This document shows positions 51,370-62,339 of a DNA stretch of 64,000 bases, piece by piece (within the stretch, counting starts at the first letter, position 1; each line of letters begins with the position of its first letter). The notes beneath the pieces are model-generated. The model made no database searches and was not told where the DNA came from. It saw only the letters and a list, made by a program, of their open reading frames with translations. The stretch spans positions 79,089 through 143,088 of the forward strand of contig CALSCP010001656.1 of assembly GCA_943704425.1 (NCBI GenBank), given 5' to 3'. Position numbers and translations under genes: made by a program. The DNA is from Ministeria vibrans ATCC 50519. Lineage: Eukaryota; Protista; Filasterea.

Positions 51370-52222
51370 CTTTTTATGCGGCGCCTCATCTCCTTGCTCT
51401 TGATACCAGACACTTCCCAACCAGCCTTCTTCAAGAACCACGTTCGTGCGACCATCACTAGCGTTGTTGTGGTGTAGACGAGTGTTTTCTTCTTGTTGAC
51501 GATTGATAGGACGTTGCAAACGTAGAAGGGATGGGAAGCTTGAAATCGGGTAGAAAGACCTCGTACTTAAGACTTCCTTTCTTGTATGTAGCGCGGAGAG
51601 TGTTGCACATGAAGTCGATGACTCCAATGTCTGAGACGAGCTTGAATTTGACTCCGTTGACTGTCATAATAGGCCCAGAAGCGTAAAGATCTAGGTCGAT
51701 ATGACCTTCTGGTTCCCCGCTCACAAATCCGCGACACAGATGACTCGATAGAATTCTGATGCACCCGCGGCGACACACAGACTGTTCGCATTCTGACGCG
51801 ATGCACACTTCAAACACTACGTCTGCTGTTGGATCGCGAATGCGGTCTCGCACACACGCCCTGAGTAGAGTAACGTCCAATTCGATCTCATCGGGAGTCT
51901 TGATGATACCTCGCATGGAATGGACAAGCAACTCGAAGGCATATCGCTCTTCCTTGTTGACTGTAACGTAGACAGGCTGTTGTTCCTTTTCTTGTTCTTC
52001 CTCTGGTTCTTGTTCTTGTTCTTGTTCTTGTTCTTCCTCTGGTTCTTGTTCTTGTTCTTGTTCTTGTTCTTCCTCTGGTTCTTCTTCTTGTTCTTCCTCT
52101 GCTTCTTCTTCTCGTCCCTCCTCTGCTTTTTCTTGTCTCTCCTCTGCTTCTTGTTCTGGTTCACGCACAGGCACATGCCTTTTGCCTGTCGACGGAGGGA
52201 CTTCTACGACTGGTGTAGACAT
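51370..52222 (-). CDS. Orphan protein with E/Q tandem repeats and a possible degenerate nucleotidyltransferase-like domain; probable frameshift near 51540
   Basis: 254-aa ORF 52222-51458 with (EEEQEQEQEQEP)n, GEPEGHIDLDLY and IDFMCNTL. A shifted frame continues NVLSIVNKKK...ARTWFLKKAGWEV. Confidence 0.5.
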
Positions 52223-52282
52223 TTCTTATACTTCGAACAACACAAAGAGAAAAAAGAGTGATTTATTGAATCATTTGAAAAA

Positions 52283-55200
52283 TCAGAAAAACTTGACTGC
52301 AGGATCAGCATTGGACAGATCGTAGACAAACTGGCGCACTCGATCGTGCATGAACCTCTCGCTGCACTTTCCGAGCACACGCTCGATAGCACTCGACAGA
52401 TCGGGCACATTAACTCCCTGCCAAGGAGTCCGGAACTCGCCGAGGGCACGGTTCGCGTGGCGCGATCGATAAAAGACGCGGAGCGTCGAGTCACGAAGTT
52501 CGCTGTCGTACCGCATATGCACAAAGAACTCGTACTCTCCACCGTCGCGACAAACAAGAATGGACATGTCGGGGTACGAAGTAGATTCTTTCAGGAGGCG
52601 CTGCGACAAAGGGGTCGTGCGAGAGTGATCGCAAGAGTGTTGGTGAAGCAGCATAGCGCCAATGTCGTTGGTGGCAGCAACAGAGTAAGATTTAGCATTC
52701 TTTTCTGTGACCTCCTTGTTGTCGACGGGCATCTTTAGAATTATGGCGCAACAGCAAGCGACAGTGTTTGCGTTGTAGCGTCCCAGGCACGCAGGTATTG
52801 TGTACCGGACCTTTCCATGGTTCTATTTGTTTTTGATTGTGTTAGAGTATATACAGAGACAGTGAAGGAGAGACTTTCTTACCATAATATGCACTTCGTA
52901 TATAACATCGACAAGAATGGACCACTCGTGATTTCTCCTGTAGTCCAAATCGCCGTCATCTCTGTCCTCGTCGCCGTAGGAAAGAGCAAGACAGGAATCT
53001 TTGTCTGCTCCAGCGTACAAACGGCGCGACCCAACACAAACACCATCGCGATACATCTGGCGAAACGTGTCGAAAAATAGCCGCACCGCCTCCGCACGCG
53101 GAATATTTGTTGTAGGGATTCGATCTTTGGAGACGCGAGACGGATCGGAACCGACAGAATTGACAGAGGCGCAAACAGGTTGTTTCTCCAAGCCTGTCAA
53201 AGTGTCAGTCGTGACTGTCTTTTTGTGGCGTGCAATGTTGGTGCGAGTAAGCGGGTGGTGTGCACTCAGTCCGTGCATTTCACCGGTTCCGCTGAAGCTC
53301 GCGTCGTCGTCGTCACTTGCACTGTCTACGACCACGATATCGGGGAGCTCGAGCCCGCGGTATTCGCCAGCAACATGCATCTTCGTCGTGTAGTTCGTTT
53401 TGCCGCTGACAAGAGAGCGAGGCTCTGCACTCTCGCTCTCGGGGTCGTAACGTGGGTGGTCGCTAATACCGTGGCCAAGCAAGCGTTCCATAACAACCTC
53501 TTCTGCCGCACTCTTAGGCACACGAAGTGCGTCTGCATCCACGGTCTTGCGCTTCTTCTTCTCTTGCTGCGCCTCCTCCTCATTCGCCTCCTCTTGTCGT
53601 TCTCGCTCACGTCGTGCACGCTTCTTCTTCTTCCTCTCCCGCCGTTCCTTCTTTCGATTCGTTTCTTGTTGTCGGGCTTCCTGCCAAGCCAGCTCCTTCT
53701 CTTCTTCTTGTTGACGGACTGCTTCTTGCTGACGGGCGGCTTCTTGTTGTCGGGCTGCCTCTTCTCGCTGTCGACGGGCTGCTTCTTGTTGACGGGCTTC
53801 TTCTTGTCGGCGGGCTGCTTCTTGTTGGTCGACCGCTTCTTCTCGCTGTCGTACTGTCTCTTGTTGACGGGCTTCTTCTTGTTGACAGGCTGCCTCTTCT
53901 CGCTGTCGACGAGCTGCTTCTTGTTGACGAGCTGCTTCTTGCTGACGGGCGGCTTCTTGTTGTCGGGCTGCCTCTTCTCGCTGTCGACGGGCTGCTTCTC
54001 GTTGACGGGCTTCTTCTTGTCGGCGGGCTGCTTCATGTTGGTCGACCGCTTCTTCTCGCTGTCGTACTGTCTCTTGTTGACGGGCTTCGTCTTGTTGACG
54101 GGCTGCTTCTTCTCGCTGTCGACGAGCTGCTTCTTGTTGACGAGCTGCTTCTTGCTGACGGGCGGCTTCTTGTTGTCGGGCTGCCTCTTCTCGCTGTCGA
54201 CGGGCTGCTTCTTGTTGACGGGCTTCTTCTTGTTGGCGGGCTGCTTCTTGTTGGTCGACCGCTTCTTCTCGCTGTCGTACTGTCTCTTGTTGACGGGCTT
54301 CGTCTTGTTGACGGGCTGCTTCTTCTCGACGCTGCGCCGTTACCTTCTGCATCACCGCCAGCGACTTCATATGTCTCTCACGAAGTGCTGCTTTCGCCGC
54401 CTTTGACTCCTGATTGCGAATACGACACCTAGACTTCCTCTGGTTGGCACGTCTCTCCTTGTCCGCGAGGTCCTCTGCTTCCTGCGCCTCCTTCGCTTTA
54501 TCGTCACCCGTCGCTCCCTCCGCTTTCTCGAGACCCGTCGCTTTCTGTTTCTGTATCTTTTCGCGAGACTCTTGGTTCGCCGATCTCGCAGCCTGCTCCG
54601 CCTCCCCTCGTCTGCGTTCGCGCATCTTGCTGTCCATCGCTAACATCTGCTGTCGGTTGAAAGCTTCTCTCGACACCTTCATCTCGTTGACCAATGCGTT
54701 GAACTGAATTAATACCAGCCGCTGTTGTTCCTTCTCACGAGCGACCGCCTCGTCGTCCTCTTCATCTGCCCGTTTGCGTTTACGGCAGACAGGCTTCTTC
54801 AAATAGTCCGTTGCCAACCACATGGAGTCGCCGTTGAGATTAGACGCGCCCCCTCCTTCTTCTTCGCTCTCACTCTCACTCTCGCTCTCACTCTCGCTTT
54901 CCTGTCCTCCTCCGTCCTGCTCTCGTGTGGAACCGTCTTCCTGTCCTTTCCCTCCTTTTCCTCCTTCTCCTCCGTCTTGCTCTCGTGTGGAACCGTCTTC
55001 CTGTCCTTTCCCTCCTTTTCCTCCTTCTCCTCCGTCTTGCTCTCGTGTGAAACCACCTCCTACTCCTCCTCCTTTTCCGTCCTGCTCCCGTGTCGAACTG
55101 CGTATGAAACCGCGTTCCTCGTTGCCGTGACCAGCTTTGTTGATATTATCAGGCCGGGTGGGGTAATCGTTAAGCACGGGTGTAGACGATATCGCCCCAG

Positions 55201-55796
55201 ACCGGCGTTTCGCCAATAGTGTCTTCTACAACAAGAAAGTTTAATCATCTTCTATTGTCTCATGTGTTTACCGTCGGCGATGCCGCTGTCCTTTTCCTGT
55301 CAGGAGTGTCTTTGTACATGCCCTCGTACACAACAGAAACAGTACGAGTGGGTCGACGTCGAGGAGCACTGACAGCAATTACATGCTTTCGAGCTGCGGG
55401 CGGTGCGGGTGGTGCAGGCGGGTACACGATGAGCTTGACTGATTTTAAGGTCTTGCGGTTTGGCGATGCTTCGATAGATTCTTCAGAGATACACGATTCG
55501 TCCGATTCGCTGGATTCTTCGGGTTGTTCGACCGTCACACTGTGACCTGATTTCGAAACGCTCGCGTCACTGCATCTTTTCGCCCCGCCCGTCGTGCCTG
55601 CATCAACACCCTCGCCTGTGCTTGATGTGAGGTGGGTAGACTGGGCTTGTTTTGTCGCCAACGCCGGCGCAAAGCTAGCAGACGTTTCCTGAAACCTTTT
55701 ATTTTTAAAAAATGCCCTACAGCAAAAAATGAACATCCCAAGCGCCGCGCTTACCTCGTGTGCATCTGGTAACTGCATCTCAACAGGTGTGGTCAT
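52283..55796 (-). CDS. Large orphan protein: disordered N-terminus, (QEAARQ/RQREEA)n coiled-coil array, novel globular C-terminal domain; about 3 introns, start uncertain
   Basis: ORFs 55260-55871, 52823-55216 and 52283-52732 join through phase-consistent GT-AG introns (e.g. VHIM|NHGKVRYTIP...ILKMPVDNK). Confidence 0.7.
53660..54330. repeat. Coding tandem array (18-21-nt units in higher-order blocks)
   Basis: Near-identical TTGACGGGCTGCTTCTTG / CTCGCTGTCGACGGGC units, leaving several frames open. Confidence 0.9.
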
Positions 55797-56065
55797 GAGC
55801 GGATCGTTATCTGACACGGAATTGCCCTGTGGACGATGTGATTTTTTTTTGTGTTTCGCTTGGTAGGCCAAACGTCGTCAATTCGCAAAAGTGGGCTGTA
55901 CACACGCACAGCGACGCAACGATGTAAGTGATGCAGATAGAGGGTAGGTGCAAAAAAAAAGGGAGAGGTTAAGATTCGAATAAGGCCCGGTTAAGGTTCG
56001 GTGAAGGTTAGTTCGAAGGAAGTTCGAAGTTAGTTCTCCTGAAAAAAAAATGCTCAGTTCGCAAA

Positions 56066-56330
56066 GAGACAGAGAACGCGGCCTACCACGACTAAGGCGT
56101 CCGCACTGTCACCAACGAACACCAATCGATGAATGAGACTGAGGACCCAACGCACCACGACGAGGGCGTCAACATCACTGCCAGTGAGTCCCAGTCAGTG
56201 AATGAGACAGAGACGCGGCCTACCACGACGAAGGCGTCCACACTGTCACCAACGAACACCAATCGGTGAATGAGACTGAGGACCCAACGCACCACGACGA
56301 GAGCGTCAACATCACTGCCAGTGAGTCCCA
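56066..56330. repeat. Higher-order tandem repeat A-B-A-B (~69-bp monomers)
   Basis: Alternating GAATGAGACAGAG..CCTACCACGAC and GAATGAGACTGAGGACCCAACGCACCACGAC units. Confidence 0.88.
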
Positions 56331-56377
56331 AGAATGATGGTGGAAGAATAAATATGAGTTTTATTCATTTTTTTTTC

Positions 56378-59300
56378 ATGTCCTCGCCGAAACGCGTCGA
56401 AGTTGTTCGCGACAATTGTCTGCCGAGAACCGTGACAGCAGATTCTCACGACAATTTTGTTGGACGGCTGGAGAAGCTTGGATATGTACCCGCTGGAACA
56501 CCCAAAAACGACGTTGAAATTTGGCTGGTCAACGGTAGCATTGTTGACTGGGACGACCTTGTTGATGGCAAGGCTGAAGACGACAGGGACAGCGTGCGCG
56601 TTGTCGTGACGAGTGCTACTACTGCTACTGGTGCTGCTTCTACTGCAAGCGGGACCGGACAATCAGTTTCATCACCTTCGATTGCTCATAACAAAAAATG
56701 TGGCTACAACCGGCCCGGCCGCGTGGCAACATGCTGCCACATGCTCGAGTCCAAAGGATTGAGCGAGATTGACCGCGTGTACCATGCAGCAAAGCAGGAT
56801 GGGGCGGATTTTTACCAGGTATGAGGGAAAAAAAAAAAAAGAATTACAAGAAAACTGAACGCGTTCGCGTCCCAGACATACAGCGACATCATCAGACTCG
56901 CCATGCGCGCCTACCTCACCGACACCATCTTCAACCTCAGTGACGACGAGAAACTTGGCATCGCAACGTCGCTCAAGAAGACTATGTTGACCTCAGGCGA
57001 CTGTCGCGAACGTCTCTTTGACGCGTTTCGAACAGCAGCCGCCAAACTTGAGGAATGTGGCGTAGTGTTCAACGTTCAGCTCGACAACAAAGACAAGGTT
57101 GTGAAATCGCTGCTGCAGTCGCCCCGCAAGGCCAAGCTACTCGCGCTCCTTCTCTACCGCAGCATTGACTCGGACGTGATTCACAAGCACGTCGCTCCGC
57201 TCGGCGAGCTACTCGCCCGAGACTTCTTCGGCTACCCACGCGACCTCCTCAAGGCCTTTCGCGCGCTTTACCGACACGCTTCTCCCGGCGCCCCGTTGCG
57301 CAGTGTCGACGAGATCATCCACGACGCTGGCTTGGAACCCGCCGAGCGAAGCACACAGATCACTGTCACAGTCAGCCCTCACTCTGAGGCGGCCCTTCGC
57401 CTTCGCCTTGCTCTCCAACAGGTAAGCGTGTTAAAAAGTACACACAACAGCTCGTTGCCCCGTAATTATTATGTTTACTTTTTGTAGCTTGGAAAGGCCA
57501 CCGACGTGGTACGCGCCATTCTTAGCTTCAATACAACCGCAATGGCCGCCGCGCTCGCCGCCACCGGCATTGACGAGAACACACGGCCGATTGAGGACCA
57601 TCCGGGCAACTGGGATTCGTACAGCTTGTGCCAGTGCATCATCAAACTCAGAGCAACGTCGTTTCAAGAGTTCTTTGCTGCCAAGTCGCTTGACATGAAC
57701 AACCTCGACGAACTCGTGCGCGTCGCCGAGGTGGTGTTCTCGCTGCGCAACGACTCGGTCCACTCCTTTGTCTCGAGCAAACGCATTGACCGCGACTGGC
57801 CCAGCATCGTTGCTCTCTGCGATGTCCTCCGTCGTGTTGCTTCCCACGCTCATCCGGCGTCGGTTGTCCCGCTCGGCAAAGCTTTTGACAAGATTAGGGA
57901 GTGTGCATTCGCAACTCTTCGTCATGACGAACTGGATCTCATCAACAGCAACATCAGCGTTCGTGCGGAAGCGAAAGGAGAGACTGTAGTCCACAAGCTT
58001 GAAGATCGCGATCTCGCTTTCGTCCGCCTGCACATGGGCATGCTGCGCTTCATTGCGAGCGTTTTCCCAATCGTCAAAGCGGACCTTGAGCGCGTCGCTA
58101 CGGATGCTCTGTCCGCTGGCGCCATTCTACCAGACGCCGTTACGACTCTCACAACGGCAACAACAGAGACGCGTGCTTTGCCACTGTGGGCAGCAATTGC
58201 GGCGGCTGCTCGCTGCGATGCGGTTAAAGGGACTGCTGGGTGGACCCAACTCCACGACAACAATCGATTGTATTTTGTCGACGCGTGGTGGACGCTCGAT
58301 AATCTGTTTCACTACCTCCCGCTTATGCTGAACCGTCGCCAGCTCGACGGCGTTCAGTTTGGCGCAACAATGAACTGCGTTGCAGCGCAGCAATTGCAGA
58401 TCGATACGCAGAATTTCCGTTCAGTTTTGCGTGTTGTGAACGAGAGTCGCCATGAGCGCGACGTACCTGTCGACGACGTTGACGAGTGTCTCGCTACAAT
58501 GCAGGACATTGTGAGGCAGGCAGTCGAGATGAGTGGCGCCAGACAGAGCACAGCGAGCGATGCTGCTAGTGAACTCGCACGACTCGTCAATGTAAGCCTG
58601 GCGCTTCCTGAACACCAGTTGCGGTCGTTCGAGGTGCGGCATCCTGCGTGGTCTGACGGCGAGAAGCGTAAGTTTCGTGGGCGAGGCGTCTTCTGCGACG
58701 CGATCTTTCAGGCGTTGTACATGCCAAACAAGCGCGGCGTCCTCGTCATGGCGCCCATGGGCTTTGGCAAGAGTGCACTGGCGGCGCGCATCGCTTCTGG
58801 GTCAAGCAAGGTGTGCGTTGTATCGACAAGCGTGTGCTACTACCGGGACCCCGAAAGCCTGAGCCCGCTTCGTTTTGTGCGCAACCTGCTATCGGATCTG
58901 CGGCGTAACCTGTCACCCGAGTTTACATTCCGTTGCACCGCGCTCGACGTGCCCACGTGCATCTCCGAGACGGACGTCGACACCACCGTCGAGCGCGTTG
59001 TCAAGGTGCTTCGATCCATGAGTGCTCCGCCCGATTTCACCGCCAACGGCACCGTGTCGGTTGTGCTTGTTGATGGAATCGATGAGGCCGTCGCCATGGG
59101 AAATCGTGAACTTGTGTTGGCGCTGCACAACCTTGCACGCATGGTTCCTCCATGGCTGCGTGTGCTGGTGACGAGCTGTGACGATCCTGAGGTGCTGAGT
59201 ATCATCTCGGCAGACGCACGTGATTACGAGATGGTCTCGTTTGGTGCACCCAAGTTGCGCGAGGCAGCCACCGACGACGTGATCGCGGTGCTGCGTGAGT

Positions 59301-62049
59301 TCCTGAAGGAGAACCCGGCTGCTGCCTTACATGTGCCGGACGAGAACGAATTTGCCGAGGTGTCCACCGGCCTCATGCTGTGGACGACGACAGTGTTGAG
59401 TGAGATGAGGCTTCGCGGCGACTTTGACTGGCGCTCTTGCCGAGGAATGGCACGGCTCTACGATCACCAATTTCGACTTCGATTTCGTGATTCGTTCAAC
59501 GAGCAAGTTCGACCTGTGTTTGAGGTGCTGTTGGCTGCGTTCGAGCCGATGACGCTGGAGCAGCTTGCTCGCGTTGCGTTTCCTGCCAGCCATGCGCCGG
59601 GGGATGAGACCCTTGCATTGGTGCGTCCCATGCTGGTGGAGCAGGCAGTGTCTTCTAACGGGAGTACAAGCAAGACGAGGTTTGGTGTGCAGCTAGCACT
59701 GGACAAGTGGCTGCGCGGCGACAATGACATCAAACACGATTTTCGCATTGACGTTGCCCTTGGTCATGGGCGTTTGGCGGACGCTGGGTTCCAGCTTGAT
59801 GGTGGAGGCATGATTCCAGAGCCGTTGGGCTTGGACTTTTGCCCGCCTGTGCTAGTGCGACATGTGGCAGAGAGCGGACGAGTTGTGACGGAGCAGAAGG
59901 CGAGGACGGGCGGCCAGCTTGGCGAAGATGAGCGGTGTCGTGAAGAGAGGTGGCGGTGTGTGTGTGAGGCGGTTGCGGACTGCCACTCGTGGAGTGACGA
60001 GCGGGCCTTTGCACTCATGGCTGTCGGGTCTGCTGTGGAGTTATATCTGGCTGCCAACGGGGATGCAAAGCTGATTGTTGGCGACTCGCTGCTCGCGAAG
60101 GTGGTGGCGAACGGCGACGATGGATTGGCGTGCGACCTGTTGATCCAGGCGGGTGCTGACCCACTGGCGTCATCGACCAACGGTTGGACGGCGTTGTTCT
60201 CTGCGGCATACAATGGGCGCACAGAGTGTATGCAACTGGTATTGGCGTACGTTTGTCAACATTCCGCGGAAGCGTCGAATTCGGTGAATGCGGGTTTGGA
60301 AGAGAACACCGGCTTGTCGCCATTGACGGCGGCGTGTCGCAGGGGTCCGATTGAGATTGTGGAGTTGTTGCTGGACGTGAAGTGCGAGCGGGATGCGGCA
60401 ACGCGGGCAGACGTGAACCAAGTTGCCGGGGAGTATTCGGCGCTGACGTCTGCTGTGCGCGAGGGACACGTTGAGATTGTGGGGTTGTTGCTGAGAGAGG
60501 GAGCGGTCGTGGACAAGGTCGCCGGCGAGTACTCGGCGTTGACATCTGCTGTGCGCAACGGACACGTTGAGATTGTGGAGTTGTTGCTGAGACAGGGAGC
60601 GGCCGTGAACCAAGTCGCCGGCGAGTACTCGGCACTGACGACTGCTGTGCGAAATGGACACATTAAGATTGTGGAGTTGTTGCTGAGACAGGGAGCGGCC
60701 GTGAATCAAGTCGCCGGCGAGTACTCGGCGCTGACATCTGCTGTGCGACATGGACGCATTGAGGTTGTGGAGTTGTTGCTGGACGTGAAGCGCAAGCGGG
60801 GTGCGGCAACACGGGCAGACGTGAACCTAGTCGCCGGCGAGTACTCGGCGTTGACATCTGCTGTGCGCGAGGGACACGTTGAGATTGTGGAGTTGTTGCT
60901 GAAAGAGGGAGCGGTCGTGGACAAGGTCGCCGGCGAGTACACCGCACTGTTGAATGCCGTGCGACATGGGCACATTGAAACCGTAAAGTTGCTTCTGGAC
61001 GTGAGCCGTGAGCGGGATGCAGCACCCTTAACGCAGGCTGACGTGAACAAAGTAGCTGGCGGATTTTCTCCACTGATGTCTGCCGTCTGCAATGGACACG
61101 TTGAGATTGTGGAGTTGTTGCTGGACGTGAAGCGCAAGCGGGATGCGGCAACGCGGGCAGACGTGAACCTAGTCGCCGGCGAGTACTCGGCGTTGACGAC
61201 TGCTGTGCGACATGGACACGTTGAGATTGTGGAGTTGTTGCTGAGACAAGGAGCGGCCGTGAACCTAGTCGCCGGCGAGTACTCGGCGTTGACGACTGCT
61301 GTGCGACATGGACACGNNNNNNNGTGCGACATGGACACGTTGAGATTGTGGAGTTGTTGCTGAGACAAGGAGCGGCCGTGAACCTAGTCGCCGGCGAGTA
61401 CTCGGCGTTGACGACTGCTGTGCGACATGGACACATTAAGATTGTGGAGTTGTTGCTGGACGTGAAGTGCGAGCGGGATGCGGCAACACGGGCAGATGTG
61501 AACCAATTCGCTGGCCTGTATACGCCACTAACGTCGGCCGCCCGTACTAATCGGCCTGACCTTGTCAAATTGCTGCTGGAACATGGTGCCAATCCCTTCG
61601 TGGAGGTGCGCAGTGGCAGCAAAACGTTCACTGCATGGGGTTCTGCACCCCGTGGAAGCCCAGCCCAGCGTCTCATTGGTCCGACCACACGATTGTTTTA
61701 GTTTTGTCTGTTCTCACCCGTTCTTGTGTTGTTTTTCACTCTCTTCTTTTCTTCTTGGACTTCTACAGGGAAGGCACAACGCTCGTCTCAGCGGCCCAAC
61801 ACCACCCAGTCACCAAGGCAGACAAGGCCCTTTCGCAATGACGCAAGTGCAGCACCTGACGCGCACGGTCGATCGCGCTGGTTTGGATCGCATGCATCTC
61901 GAACCACACAACACCGCCATGGCAATGAGACAGCGACAAGTGCCCACGCCGACAACTGGCGAAGGCCCGTCGACGACCCTGGCCCCTCCAGTTCGACTGC
62001 TGATGCCGATGGGTGGCAGATTGTCTCCCGAAGACGTGGTCGACGCTAA
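56378..62049 (+). CDS. NLR-like STAND protein: Ubl-like header, helical domain, HEPN, degenerate HEPN, NACHT-type NTPase, ankyrin repeats, disordered tail (exons 56378-56818, 56876-57421, 57488-61678, 61769-62049; gap at 61317-61323)
   Basis: Phase-consistent GT-AG introns. WDSYSLCQCII...F...FF...LRNDSVH is an R-N-x3-H HEPN motif. Walker A APMGFGKS, Walker B VVLVDGIDE, LRVLVTS, GLMLW; 13 or more ankyrin repeats. The last exon is less certain (unspliced stop at 61701). Confidence 0.85.
60340..61510 (+). repeat. Near-identical coding ankyrin repeat array (96-nt and ~120-nt units)
   Basis: Repeated GTCGCCGGCGAGTACTCGGCG..ACTGCTGTGCG..GGACAC.TTGAGATTGTGGAGTTGTTGCTG. Confidence 0.95.
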
Positions 62050-62339
62050 GATCAACCCGATGCCAACCACAATCGCAGTGATGACACTCGGCAGCGACGG
62101 TGATTAAAATGTAGACAATATGAAATTAATATAAGTATACTGTCTTTGTTATTGGTACCTTCATCCTCTTCACCATTTGGGATCTTTACTCGTCGTACGT
62201 CATTTCGTCTCGGTCAATATGCGCTCGTGTGGCATTCCAGCTCAGAGCCTCAGACTCAGTTTCTTCGTTTCGTTTCAATTTTGATATTTGAGTCGAGATT
62301 CAATTCACTCGGAATAATTTATTTTGTTATCATACAATC

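Noticed and set aside
53180-54432. Long plus-strand ORFs (408 and 301 aa, L/F/C-rich)
   Set aside because: Antisense shadows of the stop-free QEAARQ tandem array on the minus strand.
55960-56040. Degenerate telomere-like GGTTAAGGTTCGG tract
   Set aside because: No intact TTAGGG units; compatible with ordinary promoter sequence.
56066-56330. CRISPR-like array
   Set aside because: The whole units repeat (A-B-A-B) with no unique spacers, there are no cas genes and the context is eukaryotic.
61317-61363. Frameshift or pseudogenisation of the NLR gene
   Set aside because: The frame change coincides with an N-gap flanked by duplicated sequence, so it is an assembly artefact of the repeat array.
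60015-61688. Long minus-strand ORFs over the ankyrin array
   Set aside because: Antisense read-through of near-identical coding repeats.
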